Below, in pieces: positions 14,637 through 27,312 of a stretch of DNA of 64,000 nucleotides (the stretch's first letter is position 1; every line of letters begins with the position of its first letter). Source of the stretch: Octopus vulgaris (lineage: Eukaryota); the NCBI GenBank assembly GCA_951406725.2, contig OX597821.1:62000001-62064000 (forward strand). Reading direction: 5' to 3'. Under the pieces are notes generated by a model. That model ran no database searches. It saw only the letters and a list, made by a program, of their open reading frames with translations, and was not told the origin of the DNA. The position numbers were made by a program, and so were the translations under genes.

Positions 14637-16478
14637 TTATTCACATAGTTTGTCACAAGGGCAATACACAGAGTAGCTGCGGGCTGGACAAAGACATTAA
14701 TGTGATGAGGATGATAACGATAAAAATGAATAAAAATGGGAGGGGTTCTGGCTCCCACGGACCAATAACCCCTCGAAAACACTGTTCTATTTAAAATTCA
14801 AGAATAAGAATTTAAAATTTAAAACAAAAATTCATTTTTCCTTAATCTTGCTCGTCCGGGCCCCCAACTAAGTTTCCCTTACTTGCATTGGCAGACCCAG
14901 ACGGAGGGACACAAAATCCTCATTATTGCAGTTCCTCCTGACCTTAATCAGTTCTTCCTGGGTAACACTCTATGCAGCCTCCTGCGGAGGCCAGCATGGA
15001 CAGTCTATACAGACCGAGTCATATCGTTCTCGGTCTAGAAGACTGTCCAAATACATCTCAACAGCCCCACCCCTGATGTACAAAATGAAAAGTTCCACCT
15101 CTTTCTCACGGGGAGGGGCCTCAACCAGCTCTCCTTGCAATGGGAGAGCGGAAGGCACCTTCCCCTTTCCCTGCTTCGGGACCTTACCACGGCTCGGGGG
15201 CAGTACTTCTTAATGTGGCCTGACTCCAGGCACGAGTGACACTTGGTGGGGGGGGGGGGGCGGGTGACCCTCAAGTATCACTGGATATCTTAAGCAAGCC
15301 ATTCTTAAGAAGTCCGGAAAGGTCATTTCACCTAAAGCCACTGGGGTCTACAGGGTCAAAATCGCCTTTGCAACCTCCCAGTCGACCGCAGGCTTTACTT
15401 CAACATTTAAGAGCCTGGGCCCGTTATCCCAGAGGCCCCGCCGTATGGCATCTGTAATCTACCCTGCTTCAGTGCCCGGGGGCAGACCACATACCCAAGC
15501 CCTTATTACCTTCTTCCCACGATATGTGGGGAGAAACAAAATTTTCTCCCCTTCAAGAAGCTGGCCTGTCATAGTGCAAAAAGCACTAGGGGTGTCAAAA
15601 AGCAGTCACACCGTGGTGTATTTGTCACCCCTGGTTACATAATAATTTTGGGCTGGCAAACACTTTGCCAGTTCTTCTTCAATGATGTCCTTGCCGAAGA
15701 GGGTGATGGCATTACATTACCTAGAATAGGTCCGTAATACCACCGTTCTCCTCTAAAGGTGTCCAAGCCAGTGCTTGTGTGGGACAATCTCCCACTCCAA
15801 AGCAGTGGTCTTATTTTTTATCATTTATATCTGCCATGTCGATCAAACAGTTCAAAGAGAAATGTCACTCAAAAAAAAAAAGTCTTGAACACAAATAAAA
15901 ATGAAAACGCAGTTCATCTAAAACTGGAAGAAATAAAATACTAGTCCAACTAAAATTGTTCAGCAAAAGGAAAGAGAAGACAGCAGTTTAGAAAAATAAA
16001 TGAATATCATACAATTCACCACGGCAGAAAAAAGGCAATTTTCGAGCTACACGGTACTATTAGCCCCCTTGCAGCCTTCAAATCTCTTGATAATCCTCTT
16101 GGTAAAGTACTTCCAACGTTTCCGGGTTCAAAACCACGCACAGCTTGCAAGCACCATTTTTTTTTTCAAAAATAATTGTAGTGAAAATAATTCACTTTGT
16201 AGTTCTTCACTTGATTGTTAACAAGCTCAATCACAACACCACCAAGAGTAAGCGAAAATGCCCCAGAGCTGGGCAGAATATACTGTAATAAAAGTAAGAC
16301 ACAATAATTCTACCCAGCTTAGAAAAACCAAACTCGCTTACCTTGACGGCGACCTTTTTTCTCAAAGATGGAGCTAAATAGCTACACGTCTTCCCTTGTT
16401 CACTTCAGCAAGTGAACTAACTTGCTGAACTGAAGTAACTAACTTGCTGAACTGAAGTAACTAACTTGCTGAAGTAAG
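14637..16478 (-). mobile_element. Non-autonomous L1/Tx1-like retroelement: degenerate ORF1 (RRM-like + CCHC knuckle), no RT
   Basis: 14-bp TSD TAAGCAA(A/G)CTACTT at 14623-14636 and 16479-16492. Minus-strand peptide ..KILFLPTYRGKKVIRAWVCGLPP.. with stops, and zinc knuckle KCHSCLESGHIKKYCP (ORF 15035-15274). AATAAA at the 3' end (~14636-14641). Confidence 0.7.
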
Positions 16479-16559
16479 TAAGCAAGCTACTTACCACACA
16501 GCCAGCCCTACGCCTATAAGTAACTTTCTCTGAAATCTCAAAATCTTGTACCAGTTTCA

Positions 16560-16775
16560 AGACAGTGAGCTGGAGGATTTGTTACCGCGCCAGGCAAAGT
16601 GCGCAGTAGCATTTCGTCCATCTTTACATTCTGAATTCAAATGCCGCCGGGGTCGACTTTGTCTATCATTCTTTGGTGATCGATATAATAAACACCAATT
16701 GTGTACATGGATCGATGTGATCGAATTAACCCCTCCCATGACCTTGCTGTCTTTCTGCCGTAATTTGAAACCAAT
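16560..16775 (+). mobile_element. SINE family B, diverged copy
   Basis: GAGCTGGAG..TTCTGAATTCAAATGCCGCCGGGGTCGACTTTG..TCGATGTGATCGA. Confidence 0.75.
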
Positions 16776-17840
16776 ATCCTGTATCAGTTGCTAATTGTGC
16801 AGATTCTTGGTCTCTTCCTATCATGTAGCTTTCCCTCATCAGTAACTGTTTCAATGTCGATCGTATAGATTTTACTTCAAATATTGGTATGATATTCTTG
16901 CTATTCTCAGTAAAATCATATTACATTCTAATAAAAAAGAACCTTCGTTCGTTCCAGATCTTCGACTAGAATGAATTTATATCTTCTTCAAAACGGATAG
17001 TTTCATACGACAATAGTTTTCTTACATTTCTACAGAAAATTGAGATCGAGCGAGGTTTTTTTCTCTGTCTGCTCAACGGGTGGTTTCCATGCATGTGGGT
17101 TAAAGTTAAGCTGCGATTGATACCGACTTCCTGCAACCACTTACACCATAGTGGAGTTTTTCAATCTTGGTTATATGTATCTTTTCCTGTTCAGATTATA
17201 AATATCTTATCTTATTCGTTTTAGCATACTTAATTTTAATAATGTCAGATTTCCAGAACTGTTCGCAGTTGTATGAGTGCTGTGAAATTATATCTTTTGC
17301 AGCTTATACTCGCATTTACACACCCTAGTCTGTAGGGTAAAACACTTTTACTCAGTTCTGGATCTGTGATCACATAGGTTGCTTATGATATATTTTTTTA
17401 CATCCCTTTGCGCTTGTAAACATACCCAATGTATTCCGTCAGAGAAAAATCAACTGCGTACAGGCAGTAATTAATATTTCACTGCGTGCTTTTGCATTTG
17501 TTTGTTTAATCTCCAACGTTATCATCAATGACTTTTATCCTGTGAGCGGTTGGTCGTCTACATGCTTTCTTGAAACCCCATGTTTAAGAATAGTTAAACA
17601 AAGTTGCTTGATAGTGTTGCTGAAGGTGTCTGCTTGTTTCAATTCTTGTGTCTCCTGTTGCCGTTTTGGACCAGGTTTGAGTATGGTCAAGATAAGGACC
17701 AGCAGAATACAAACCAGGATATCATTTGTTATTTTTGGAATGATGGAATTGTGAATTAGCTTATGTTTGGATGAGGTCCGTTCTAATAGTTTTTAACCGC
17801 TTCATGTAGCTAATTATCATATGCTACCGGGATTATCTAT

Positions 17841-17912
<72 letters not shown>

Positions 17913-17924
17913 ATATCATAACAC

Positions 17925-18222
17925 TGTGATACACGATCCCTATTGATCGTTTTTTTCTTCTTCCCCTTTGTTTCCCCTTTTTTCTTCTTTTTTCATTTCT
18001 CCTTTCTTTTGTTCCTTTTCCTTTTCTTAATTTTAATTTTAATTTTTTTTTTATTTTATTTTTTTTTTTTGTTCTTTTCTTCCCTTTTACGATCCCTCTT
18101 GATCGAAAACCTACGCCACCCCCTTTTTTTTTTTGTTTTTTGTTTTTTCATCCCCCAAAAGAAAAGCTCTACCTTGTAACTTGTCCCATCTGTGTGCAGC
18201 CCTGTGTGGCCAATAAAGAAAC
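17925..18222 (+). mobile_element. Probable LINE 3' UTR fragment (T-rich, ends in AATAAAGAAA) between (TCTA)n arrays
   Basis: Tail TTGTCCCATCTGTGTGCAGCCCTGTGTGGCCAATAAAGAAA resembles the SINE B tail and the 3' end of the 14637 element. Confidence 0.5.
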
Positions 18223-18306
<84 letters not shown>

Positions 18307-19259
18307 GTGTCTGTCTTTATATCTATCTATCTATCTATCTGTATGTCGGCCTGTCTGTTAAGCTATCCTTAATTAACAGGGCCTTGTTTCAAGAACGTAA
18401 GCAGATGTAATTGACTTACCCATTTCCCCAAAATTGACAAAAAGTGACAAAATATATAATGAATATTTAGAAAGAAGACATGAAAGAACGAATGTTGGGT
18501 AATAGAAAATGAGACAAAAATTATATGTGGTAGTAAAATAGAACAATAATTTCAAGAATTCTACCGTAAAAAATTCGTGTGAATATTACACTTTGATGTT
18601 GCGATGCTTTGAAATAAGAACATAAAGAAATAGAAATAGTAGTGTGCTACACATCGGGTTAAAATACAAAAACACATATACGATTTTTATGGAAAATGTG
18701 GCAACATTATTAAAATTAAGTATGCTAATACCAATAGGATAAGATGCATATGAAATATATTGTATAAGAAATAAAAATATGTGAATATAAATACATATTT
18801 AAAAATTTATAGAATATAATTGGAGCATGCACGCAATACTCAAAAACATATAGACATGAGTCTAAATATCGTTTGAAAATAGGATCGGTAAAATCCAAAG
18901 ATCGAGGTGTAGGGAAAAGGTGAGCTTGAAGCAATCTGTAGAAAATCGACAAAACGACAACTGAGAGTTGTTTTATCGGGGCGAAAGTTTTTGGATTATT
19001 TCCTTATCGAATTACAATAAGATGAAAAAAAAAAAGATGTTATATTTCACGGTAGCCAAGAAAAGAATAAAGAAAAGAGTGAAGAAATGAGTTAAGGAGT
19101 AGATCAAGTCCGAGCTACATATGTCTCATAGTGAGTTGAACATCAGAAATGTTAAATATAACAATGAGGTGTGTACTGCAGGGTAATGAAGATTACATTG
19201 TCATTAGGAGACACAGGAGATTCGATAAGAATGCGTAGAGTGCACAGTCTGAGTGGAGA

Positions 19260-19314
<55 letters not shown>

Positions 19315-19330
19315 TATATTTCAAAAGGTA

Positions 19331-19529
19331 ACTACATGTGGATCGTTGGCGATTTTTTTCCTCCCTCTTCCTTTTCTATTGGTCTTTCCTCTGTTTCTGA
19401 AGAAGAGCTTTCCTCGAAACGTTTAACCATCTTTCTTTCTTTCCCTGAGCGTCCTCTAATACTTTACATGTACCACGCCCGCGCGTTGTTGTTTTTTGTG
19501 TTTGTTCTTCGTTTGTTTGGGGGATTTAC

Positions 19530-19532
<3 letters not shown>
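19331..19532 (+). mobile_element. ~200-bp hammerhead-bearing module (PLE pLTR remnant or retrozyme-like), TA-flanked
   Basis: Homologous to 24848-25060 (+) and 21792-21990 (-); contains CTGAAGA-AGAG..CTC-GAAACGTT. Confidence 0.7.
19392..19428 (+). ncRNA. Minimal type-I hammerhead ribozyme motif (degenerate)
   Basis: GTTT-CTGAAGA-AGAGCTTTCCTC-GAAA-CGTTTAAC. Confidence 0.55.
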
Positions 19533-19602
<70 letters not shown>

Positions 19603-19730
19603 GTGTAAATTTAGATTCAGATGAATATGATACTTAAGGTGAGGCACCAGAATTTAGTACGGTATTATCTATACAATTTCAAAATAAGGTGATTAAAATC
19701 AAAATAAGCAATAAGGATATGCAGAGGTAA

Positions 19731-19816
19731 TGCAGTAGGATCGTTTCATGCAACTCCATTTAATTGAACGATGCAATCATTACATCAATTTAAATGCAGA
19801 GCAATCCTCAGCTGCA
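19731..19816 (-). ncRNA. Type-I hammerhead ribozyme motif with long stem II
   Basis: Minus strand: TGCAG-CTGAGGA-TTGCTCTGCATTTAAATTGA..TCAATTAAATGGAGTTGCAT-GAAA-CGATCC-TA-CTGCA; stem I TGCAG/CTGCA; near-palindromic stem III. Confidence 0.65.
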
Positions 19817-20273
19817 CAAAGATATACAATTTAATTCAAATAAAACAGATAGACACATTAGTATAATTATACCTAAAATCTTCTAGAAGTTAAGGAGATA
19901 CACAAAGAATATGCTGCCTTCACTCTAGCATAGAAGCTACTAAGGTATCAAGAAGATGTACGTTGTTACAGACTCTGCCTATCATTGATTGTTTTTGGTT
20001 TTTATGGGTCAGTTTTATTTTATAGACTAGTTCATCAAATCATTTTATATCTAAGGGTGCGAGAACAAAGGGGCAGACTCTTTTAGTGCTAGGGCTGAGG
20101 GAGCAGACAGAAATCATAGTTGGTATAGTCATAAAAATCAAGCTTTATTACAAGCAATATCAAGAGATTTGGTAAAGGAAAACTTAAAACAAGATGTTAG
20201 CAAACATTTAAGGGCGTCGCCCACTAGCAGACCATTGATAATGAAAGAGGGGAAATCTTATCATGTAGTACTA

Positions 20274-20491
20274 TACTCTTTTACTCTTTTACTTGTTTCA
20301 GTCATTTGACTGCGGCCATGCTGGAGCACCGCCTTTAATCGAGCAACTCGACCCCGGGACTTATTATTTTGTACGCCCAGTACTTATTCTATTGGTCTGT
20401 TTTGCCGAACCGCTAAGTAACGCGGACATAAACACACCAGCATCGGTTGTCAAGCAATGCTAGGGGGACAAACACAGACACACAAACACAA

Positions 20492-20551
<60 letters not shown>

Positions 20552-20714
20552 GACGGGCTTCTTTCAGTTTCCGTCTACCAAATCCACTCACAAGGCTTTG
20601 GTCGGCCCGAGGCTATAGTAGAAGACACCTGCCCAAGGTGCCACGCAGTGGATTGAACCTGGAACCATGTGGTTAGTAAACAAGCTACTTACCACACAGC
20701 CACTCCTGCGCCTA
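20274..20714 (-). mobile_element. tRNA-derived SINE family A, full-length copy
   Basis: Reverse complement of the 8950 copy, with an internal (TA)n expansion. Confidence 0.9.
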
Positions 20715-21791
20715 TATAGCTTAAACAATGTTACTATATTGTATACAGTTAAAGTTTAGGGTTATTCAGAGGATTATTAAGAAGGATATTATAACAAAAG
20801 CATTGAAGTTTTTGAATACTTTTGAGTATATACCAAACTTTTACCATAAAAGAGGGAGGAAAAGAAATTATCCAGAAATAGTTTAATATTTATACGCTAA
20901 AATACTAACTCATCAGATGGTTTCTGTGAATGTTGATTAATTGGTATATACTGGTATTAATAAAAGAAAATGCTAAATATATATTAATAAAATTATAAAC
21001 TAAGCTCTTTTTTTATAAGTAGTTAATATACCAGTATAGTTTTAAATAAGCTACGTATGAATTTATAGAGGTACAATAATTAGATTAATTTTATAATTAA
21101 ATACAAGCTAATTATAAAATAATAAATAAATAAAATAATCAAGTACGGCAGGACACCATAGAAAAAGAAAAAATAGCTTAATCACTAAAACCATAATAAA
21201 ATATATGTAGCTTATTAACACCAATAGAGAAGATTTATAGAAAATGCATAATAATTCAAAAGATTAGACTAAATATCATATATTTACTTATTTAGCTAAT
21301 ATCATTAAAAGAATGATACCTGGTATCAGCTAAAGGGATATCTAAGTTATGGAACATTCATATTTTACAACAAAAAAACAAAACTAAGGGTTATAGGTTT
21401 AAGAAGTTATTATTGCTACTCCCCACATGATACTTAGTTCCTTAGTGGTACTTGTTTAGAAGGGTTATTTATATAAAGGGCCTTATAAATACTAAGATCA
21501 GGCGGTTTGAGCTATTTAAGAAAGGGATAAATCAAGTAATTTATAAAGATCCTTTCAAACAATATTGTCTTATTATATAAAGTTAAAATTTAACGTAATC
21601 AAGAAGATTATTAAGAGTGATATTATAACAAAAGGATCGGAAATTCGGAAGGGGTAAATATCCAAGCGAGGTGTACACTGCAGACTACTCGTAAGGCCAA
21701 GGGTACTTTATTATATGACGTTAACATTGTCGCAAGGAGGTACATGTTAACACACGAAAGATTCGATCACAATGTGTAGGTATATATATAT

Positions 21792-21990
21792 ATAGGGAGA
21801 GTTTACGAAACCAAGAAAAGACGAAGACAGGTGGTGTACAAAAGTAGTGTACAACAGATGTATTAGTATAACGCTTAGGAATAGAAAGAGTCTTTTACAT
21901 TTCGAGCCTACGCTCTTCTTCAGAAAGGGACATAGAAAAAATGAGAAAAACAAGGAGAGAAAAAATGTGTGTAGTGGCTAACGATCTATC
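21792..21990 (-). mobile_element. ~200-bp hammerhead-bearing module, TA-flanked
   Basis: Same layout as the 19331 and 24848 modules. Confidence 0.65.
21892..21928 (-). ncRNA. Minimal type-I hammerhead ribozyme motif
   Basis: Minus strand: CTTT-CTGAAGA-A-GAGC-GTAG-GCTC-GAAA-TG-TA-AAAG; stems I (CTTT/AAAG) and II (GAGC/GCTC) pair perfectly. Confidence 0.7.
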
Positions 21991-22070
<80 letters not shown>

Positions 22071-22334
22071 GTGTGTGCGTTTGTGTGTATTACCTGCTTC
22101 ACACAACTGATTACATCCATTGTAGGGCACTGCCTTGTAGAAATTTTGATCATGCGTTCCGAGTCCTATATTTGTTAAACCTGGTGCTTATTTCATGCGT
22201 CTCAGTTGACAAATCTCTATGTCGGGGACACAAATACAACAGCACCATTTGTGAAGCTGGGAAGGGAGTAACACTAACACAAAGTCACACATATAGACAC
22301 ACAAAAACACACGCACATTAATGTATTTACATTC

Positions 22335-22497
22335 GAGTCGTGCTTCATTAAGTTTCCGTGTGCCAAATTCACCTAGAATCTTTTGGTCGACGTGGGGCTA
22401 AAACAGAAAATACCCACCCATATGGGATTGAACGCAGTGGATTAGAATACGAAACCGTGTGATTTAAAGCAAACTTCTTAACCACATAGCCAAGCGT
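22335..22497 (-). mobile_element. SINE family A, diverged head fragment
   Basis: AGTTTCCGTGTGCCAAATTCAC..GGGATTGAAC..AAGCAAACTTCTTAACCACATAGCC. Confidence 0.6.
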
Positions 22498-23054
22498 AGT
22501 GTAGCTATTCCTTCTATAATTTTTACTCCATGTGTCGATAAGCTTTTAAAATTAATGAAAATCTAGTCACTATAGTGGCTAATCAGCTAATAATTGTTCT
22601 TAAAGTGATTTTTTTATTATTTTCATATTAAAATCGTGCGCTAATTTTGTCGAGCAATTTCAAATTTCAGTTTATGGAATATATTAATTTTCATTTCCTG
22701 AAAAGTTGACTTTGTTGACATTTGAAAGTCGATTAACCGAGCTTAAATTTTCTTTTATAAAGTTTCAAATAAATCTAAAACATAGGTAAATTTCGTGTCG
22801 TATACCTCATTATCGAAATAGTGAAATGTATGTAAAACAAAATGTATGTAAAACGAAATGTATGCAAAACGAAAAGAAAACTGTGAGGCAAATGTTGATA
22901 GCATATTCTCTATATGCATATTTAATATGAGAATTTAAAAAATCATATAATAGCAATTCAACCAAAAGAAAAAAAAACGCTCTAAAGTGAATCTGCGCGC
23001 ACTGAATAACGTAAAGTTCTCAGTGCTGGAGATTAACACGCGCGCAAAACACAC

Positions 23055-23095
<41 letters not shown>

Positions 23096-23852
23096 CATAT
23101 ATATATATATCAATACTGGATATCGGCGCCGTTCAATTATAATATATATATAGATATATATATATATATATATACATATACTCAAGTATATGTGTGTCCT
23201 CTTGTGTATGTACGATATATGCATTATTAGGAATCTTGGAGAGGGGCGGTTGGTTTTCAATCTTTTGTAATTTTTCTGTTACATCATTTTGACTGTAAAA
23301 TAATGGCCGACAGCTGGGTAAGAGGTGATATATTTGCATATTACAATTTCAGGTGATGTAGAAAAGTGCAACAATTGATATAAGAACATATAAAATTATT
23401 TAAACCTGGGACCTTTATTTTTAAAAACCTTCCAGCAACCAATTTTGAAAAGGGGATTTGCGGAAGAACAATTTGCAAATACAAAGAATAGAATTTCTTA
23501 TTATAAACGAATGATGGATAATAGAAACAGTGGATTAATGCATAAGATTATTTCTGCATAAAACTTTTATGATGTAAAACATCAAACAGTAACGTGGCTG
23601 AAATATATGTGCTTCAAAGCTTATAAGAATTCTTTAATCAGAAAATGTTGCTAAAGTTCTAAGAGAATTGTTGAATAATTTAATGCATTAGCCAGGATAT
23701 GGGGTTAGTCAAATTGTTCATATATTTCTCTGTACTTTTCTGCATGTACAGTAAAAAAAATATCATTAGCAAAGTAGGTGTGGTACGCTGTAGTACGACA
23801 GGCATTTAAGAATTTGATATATATGGATAACCGATAATTGTTGGTAGAAAAT

Positions 23853-24089
23853 GAAGGCGGCGAGCTGGCAGATCGTTAGCCCGCTGGGCAAAATGCTTAG
23901 CGGTATTTCGTCTGCTGTTATGTTCTGAGTTCAAATTCCGCCGAGGTAGACTTTGCCTTTCATCATTTCTGGGTCGATTAAATAAGTACCAGTTACGCAC
24001 TAGGGTCGATATAATCGATTTAATCCGTTTGTCTGTCCTTGTTTGTCGTCACCTCTATGTTTAGTCCCTTGTGGGCAATAAAGAAATAA
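23853..24089 (+). mobile_element. tRNA-derived SINE family B, full-length copy
   Basis: AAGGCGGCGAGCTGGCAGATCGTTAGC (A-box-like), GAGTTCAAATTCC (B-box-like), conserved central domain, tail GTGGGCAATAAAGAAATAAG. Confidence 0.9.
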
Positions 24090-24731
24090 GAAAATGAAGA
24101 GCGTTGTTCAGACGCAGGCAATTGAAAAAATTTCTTAGTCCCATTTTGAAAGAATTAGATGAATCTCAAATGCAATTAAAAAAGAATGAATCTCGGAAAG
24201 TCTGTCATGAAGGGACATTTATAGAATATGATTAAAGATATGAGATTTGCAAAGAATAAATTAGAGTTTGTTAAAATTAATGGTTTATCAATTAGCGGTG
24301 TTGATAAGAAAGATACATAATTAACAAACAAGATTGAAGGAACAATTGTGAAATAGAAATATGGTTCTGCAGAATAACTGAAAATAACATTAGACGAAAA
24401 TATAAAGAAAACAGTAAATATAGAGAAAAAAACAGTTCCATACTGAAAGATATATTATCTGACTGTGTTTTGTATATAATGATTGTTAAATATTAAAAAT
24501 GTATAATAAACCTTTACTGAGGTTGGCGTAAAAACAGAATTATACAGAGGAAAACTGAAGTTTCAGGAGACAGAATAGGACGTTGTATGAGGTGGATTGA
24601 ATGTTTGAACGACGCTTGTCACAGAGACACATATTATAGGTTTCAGTTATGGAAACATTTAGTGGAATAAACGATGCAGCAAATCCGTCAGATCGTCAGA
24701 CGGGAAAGAGCATCCATATCTATCTATCCAT

Positions 24732-24792
<61 letters not shown>

Positions 24793-24847
24793 GATCGATC
24801 GATCGGTCTATCTATCCCCTTCTTTCTCTTTGTATCTATATATATAT

Positions 24848-25056
24848 TGTGACCGCGTGTGTACCGTTGTCAATTTTTTTCCTCCGTCTTCCCTTCTTTG
24901 GATCTTTCCTTTTCCTATGTTTCTGACGAAGAGCTCCGTTCGAAACGTTAAAGTCTCCCTATTTCCTTCTTTCCTGAGCGTCCAATAATACTATACTTGT
25001 TCCACGTCCTCACGTAGTTGTGTTTTCTCTTTGTGTTTTCATGTTTGGATTAACTT

Positions 25057-25060
<4 letters not shown>
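24848..25060 (+). mobile_element. ~210-bp hammerhead-bearing module, TA-flanked
   Basis: Homologous to 19331-19532; flanked by TATATA on both sides. Confidence 0.7.
24918..24954 (+). ncRNA. Minimal type-I hammerhead ribozyme motif
   Basis: TTT-CTGACGA-A-GAGC-TCC-GTTC-GAAA-CGT-TA-AA; palindromic AACGTT stem III. Confidence 0.65.
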
Positions 25061-25102
<42 letters not shown>

Positions 25103-25125
25103 TATATGTATGTGTATATATGCAC

Positions 25126-25181
<56 letters not shown>

Positions 25182-25344
25182 GCATATATGGGTACAGGAC
25201 GTTAACAACAGTAAACGATATGAAATACGAAAACAAATCACTTCAATACGCAAACAAGGACAGAAAGAAATGGAAAACAGGACGAGCAACATAAAGAACG
25301 ACCCTTCATCAGTTGTCATTTGTCCATCTACTCCTCATTAATAC

Positions 25345-25490
25345 AGAGGTGTGTCACTGTGGTAAGAGGCTTGCTTCCCAACTACACATAGTTCTGGGTT
25401 CAGTCCCACTGCATGGCATATTGGTCAAGTGTTTTCTACTATAGACTTGTTAGTAGATTTCGTAGACGGATACCAAAAGAAATCCTTCGT
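25345..25490 (+). mobile_element. SINE family A head fragment
   Basis: TGTGGTAAGAGGCTTGCTTCCCAA..GGGTTCAGTCCCACTGCATGGCA. Confidence 0.75.
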
Positions 25491-27249
25491 ATATATATAT
25501 ATATATAATCTCTATCTACGGAGCGAACGTGTTCCGAATCCCACCCTATCTTCACATAATATATTAATTTTTGTCTGTCTATTAACACCATGTACTTATA
25601 TAGACGTACATTCATATGTGTATGTGTGTGTACATACACGAATATATACAGACACAGATATAGATAGATATAGTGATGGATATGATACCGGCACACAGAT
25701 TCTTACACCCGCAAGCACACACACACACATGCACACAAACACACACACCACACACAAACACGCATTCTGACGCACAAAAACAAGAGTTTGAGAAAAAACA
25801 AGAGTTTGAGAAAAAAAAATAAAACCATTGAAGCATACATGCTCGCAGTTATATAATCTTCACTGAACGTTGTGAGAAATGTTTCTGTAATGAATTAATT
25901 TTAATTAGCTTTTCTTCTGTTATATATATATAGTGACCCATAAATTGGTCTTCTATGTACATATAATCATTCTCAGGTATGATAACTACTTGGTATAAAT
26001 TTTACTTTATATATGCCCATCCCTGACCTATATTGATAGATATATTACATTTTCCGTTATAATGTGTTTGTAAGCTAACGTATTATGTCTTCTGCGTAAA
26101 CTGTTTGTCTGAAAATCCTTTTAGGCATTTGAAATTCTTGATAGGGTTTAGCGACAATAGAACATTATCGAACATTTACGGCGTTGTAGACAAACAATTC
26201 TTTCAAAATCTATAAAAAATGATATTCCATATCTTAGTAAGAAATAGGTAAAATAAGCTAATCGTGATAAAATTTGGCTGTGCAAATTTCCGATCTTACT
26301 TCTATAATTTCTTATATTTTTGCATTCATTCTCATATTCATAGTCATAAGCAAGATGCGTAGTCGCATCTTGGCACGTATCATGAATATTATATTCTATA
26401 TCCGGTAAATTATAGATTTCCATTAAAAGGCGCACGGTTTCTAATGCAAAGGTCAAAGAAATCAAATATTGGGACGCCAACATCTCTGCCTTTGGCGTTG
26501 AATTCCTGTTTGAAGTAATAGGACTGAAAGTGAGAATAAGAAATTAATCACATGATACTTCTCTCTCGTAAATTAAGTGTGTAATGTTCGGCACGTCATT
26601 CTAAATGACGCATTCCATAAGCAAGAGGTCAACCACGACAACTTTTAAGAGTCTTCTCCTTAACGTATTCGAATAAATTTTGCATGTTAGTAATTTATTA
26701 TCTTTCTAAACTCATTAAACGACCTCTTATTTAATTAATGTGTTGTATTTTAGCTAGTAATTGCCAATTATCTTGAGCCGTGCAACAAATTTACTGTAGA
26801 GCATCGATGAAAACATGTTCCATTCGTCTTGTTAGTGTTTTGTTAAAAATCGGAATTCGAAAATTGTATTTCCAATTTACACTTATATGGAATCAGCATT
26901 TCAAGTTGATATCTTTCAATGCATGGTATAGAGAGTATATGAATGCATATAGAAGTGTGTGTGTGTATGTGTGTTTATACACACATACGATGATGCATTT
27001 GCAATGTTTATTGAAAGTATATACTACCTGAAGTATTCCCCAGGCTGCAAAACGTTATACATAGATAAACACACACACACACACATTCACGCACGCACAT
27101 GTAGTCAAGAGTATGAAAGGTATTCGTGTCAGGAAGATCCAAAAGCTATCGGGTAAATGCCAAGTAAGTGGTATGGATAGAAAATGGTTAAGCTCCAGGC
27201 TCGATAATGATACGAGTTAGGAGTCCAAGTGGGTCATGTATTAGCATGC

Positions 27250-27299
<50 letters not shown>

Positions 27300-27312
27300 T
27301 GACTGAATGTGA

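Noticed and set aside
16415-16475. Short direct repeats here and at 6547, 22825, 25775 and 55570 considered as CRISPR-like arrays
   Set aside because: Contiguous tandem duplications without unique spacers, in eukaryotic DNA
17000-17780. Minus-strand hydrophobic and Cys-containing peptide fragments resembling a decayed envelope or glycoprotein
   Set aside because: Multiple stops and no recognisable motif; unsupported without a BLASTX search
25190-25340. CTGATGA on the minus strand in a TA-flanked module
   Set aside because: No GAAA half-core or matching stems found, so not called a hammerhead
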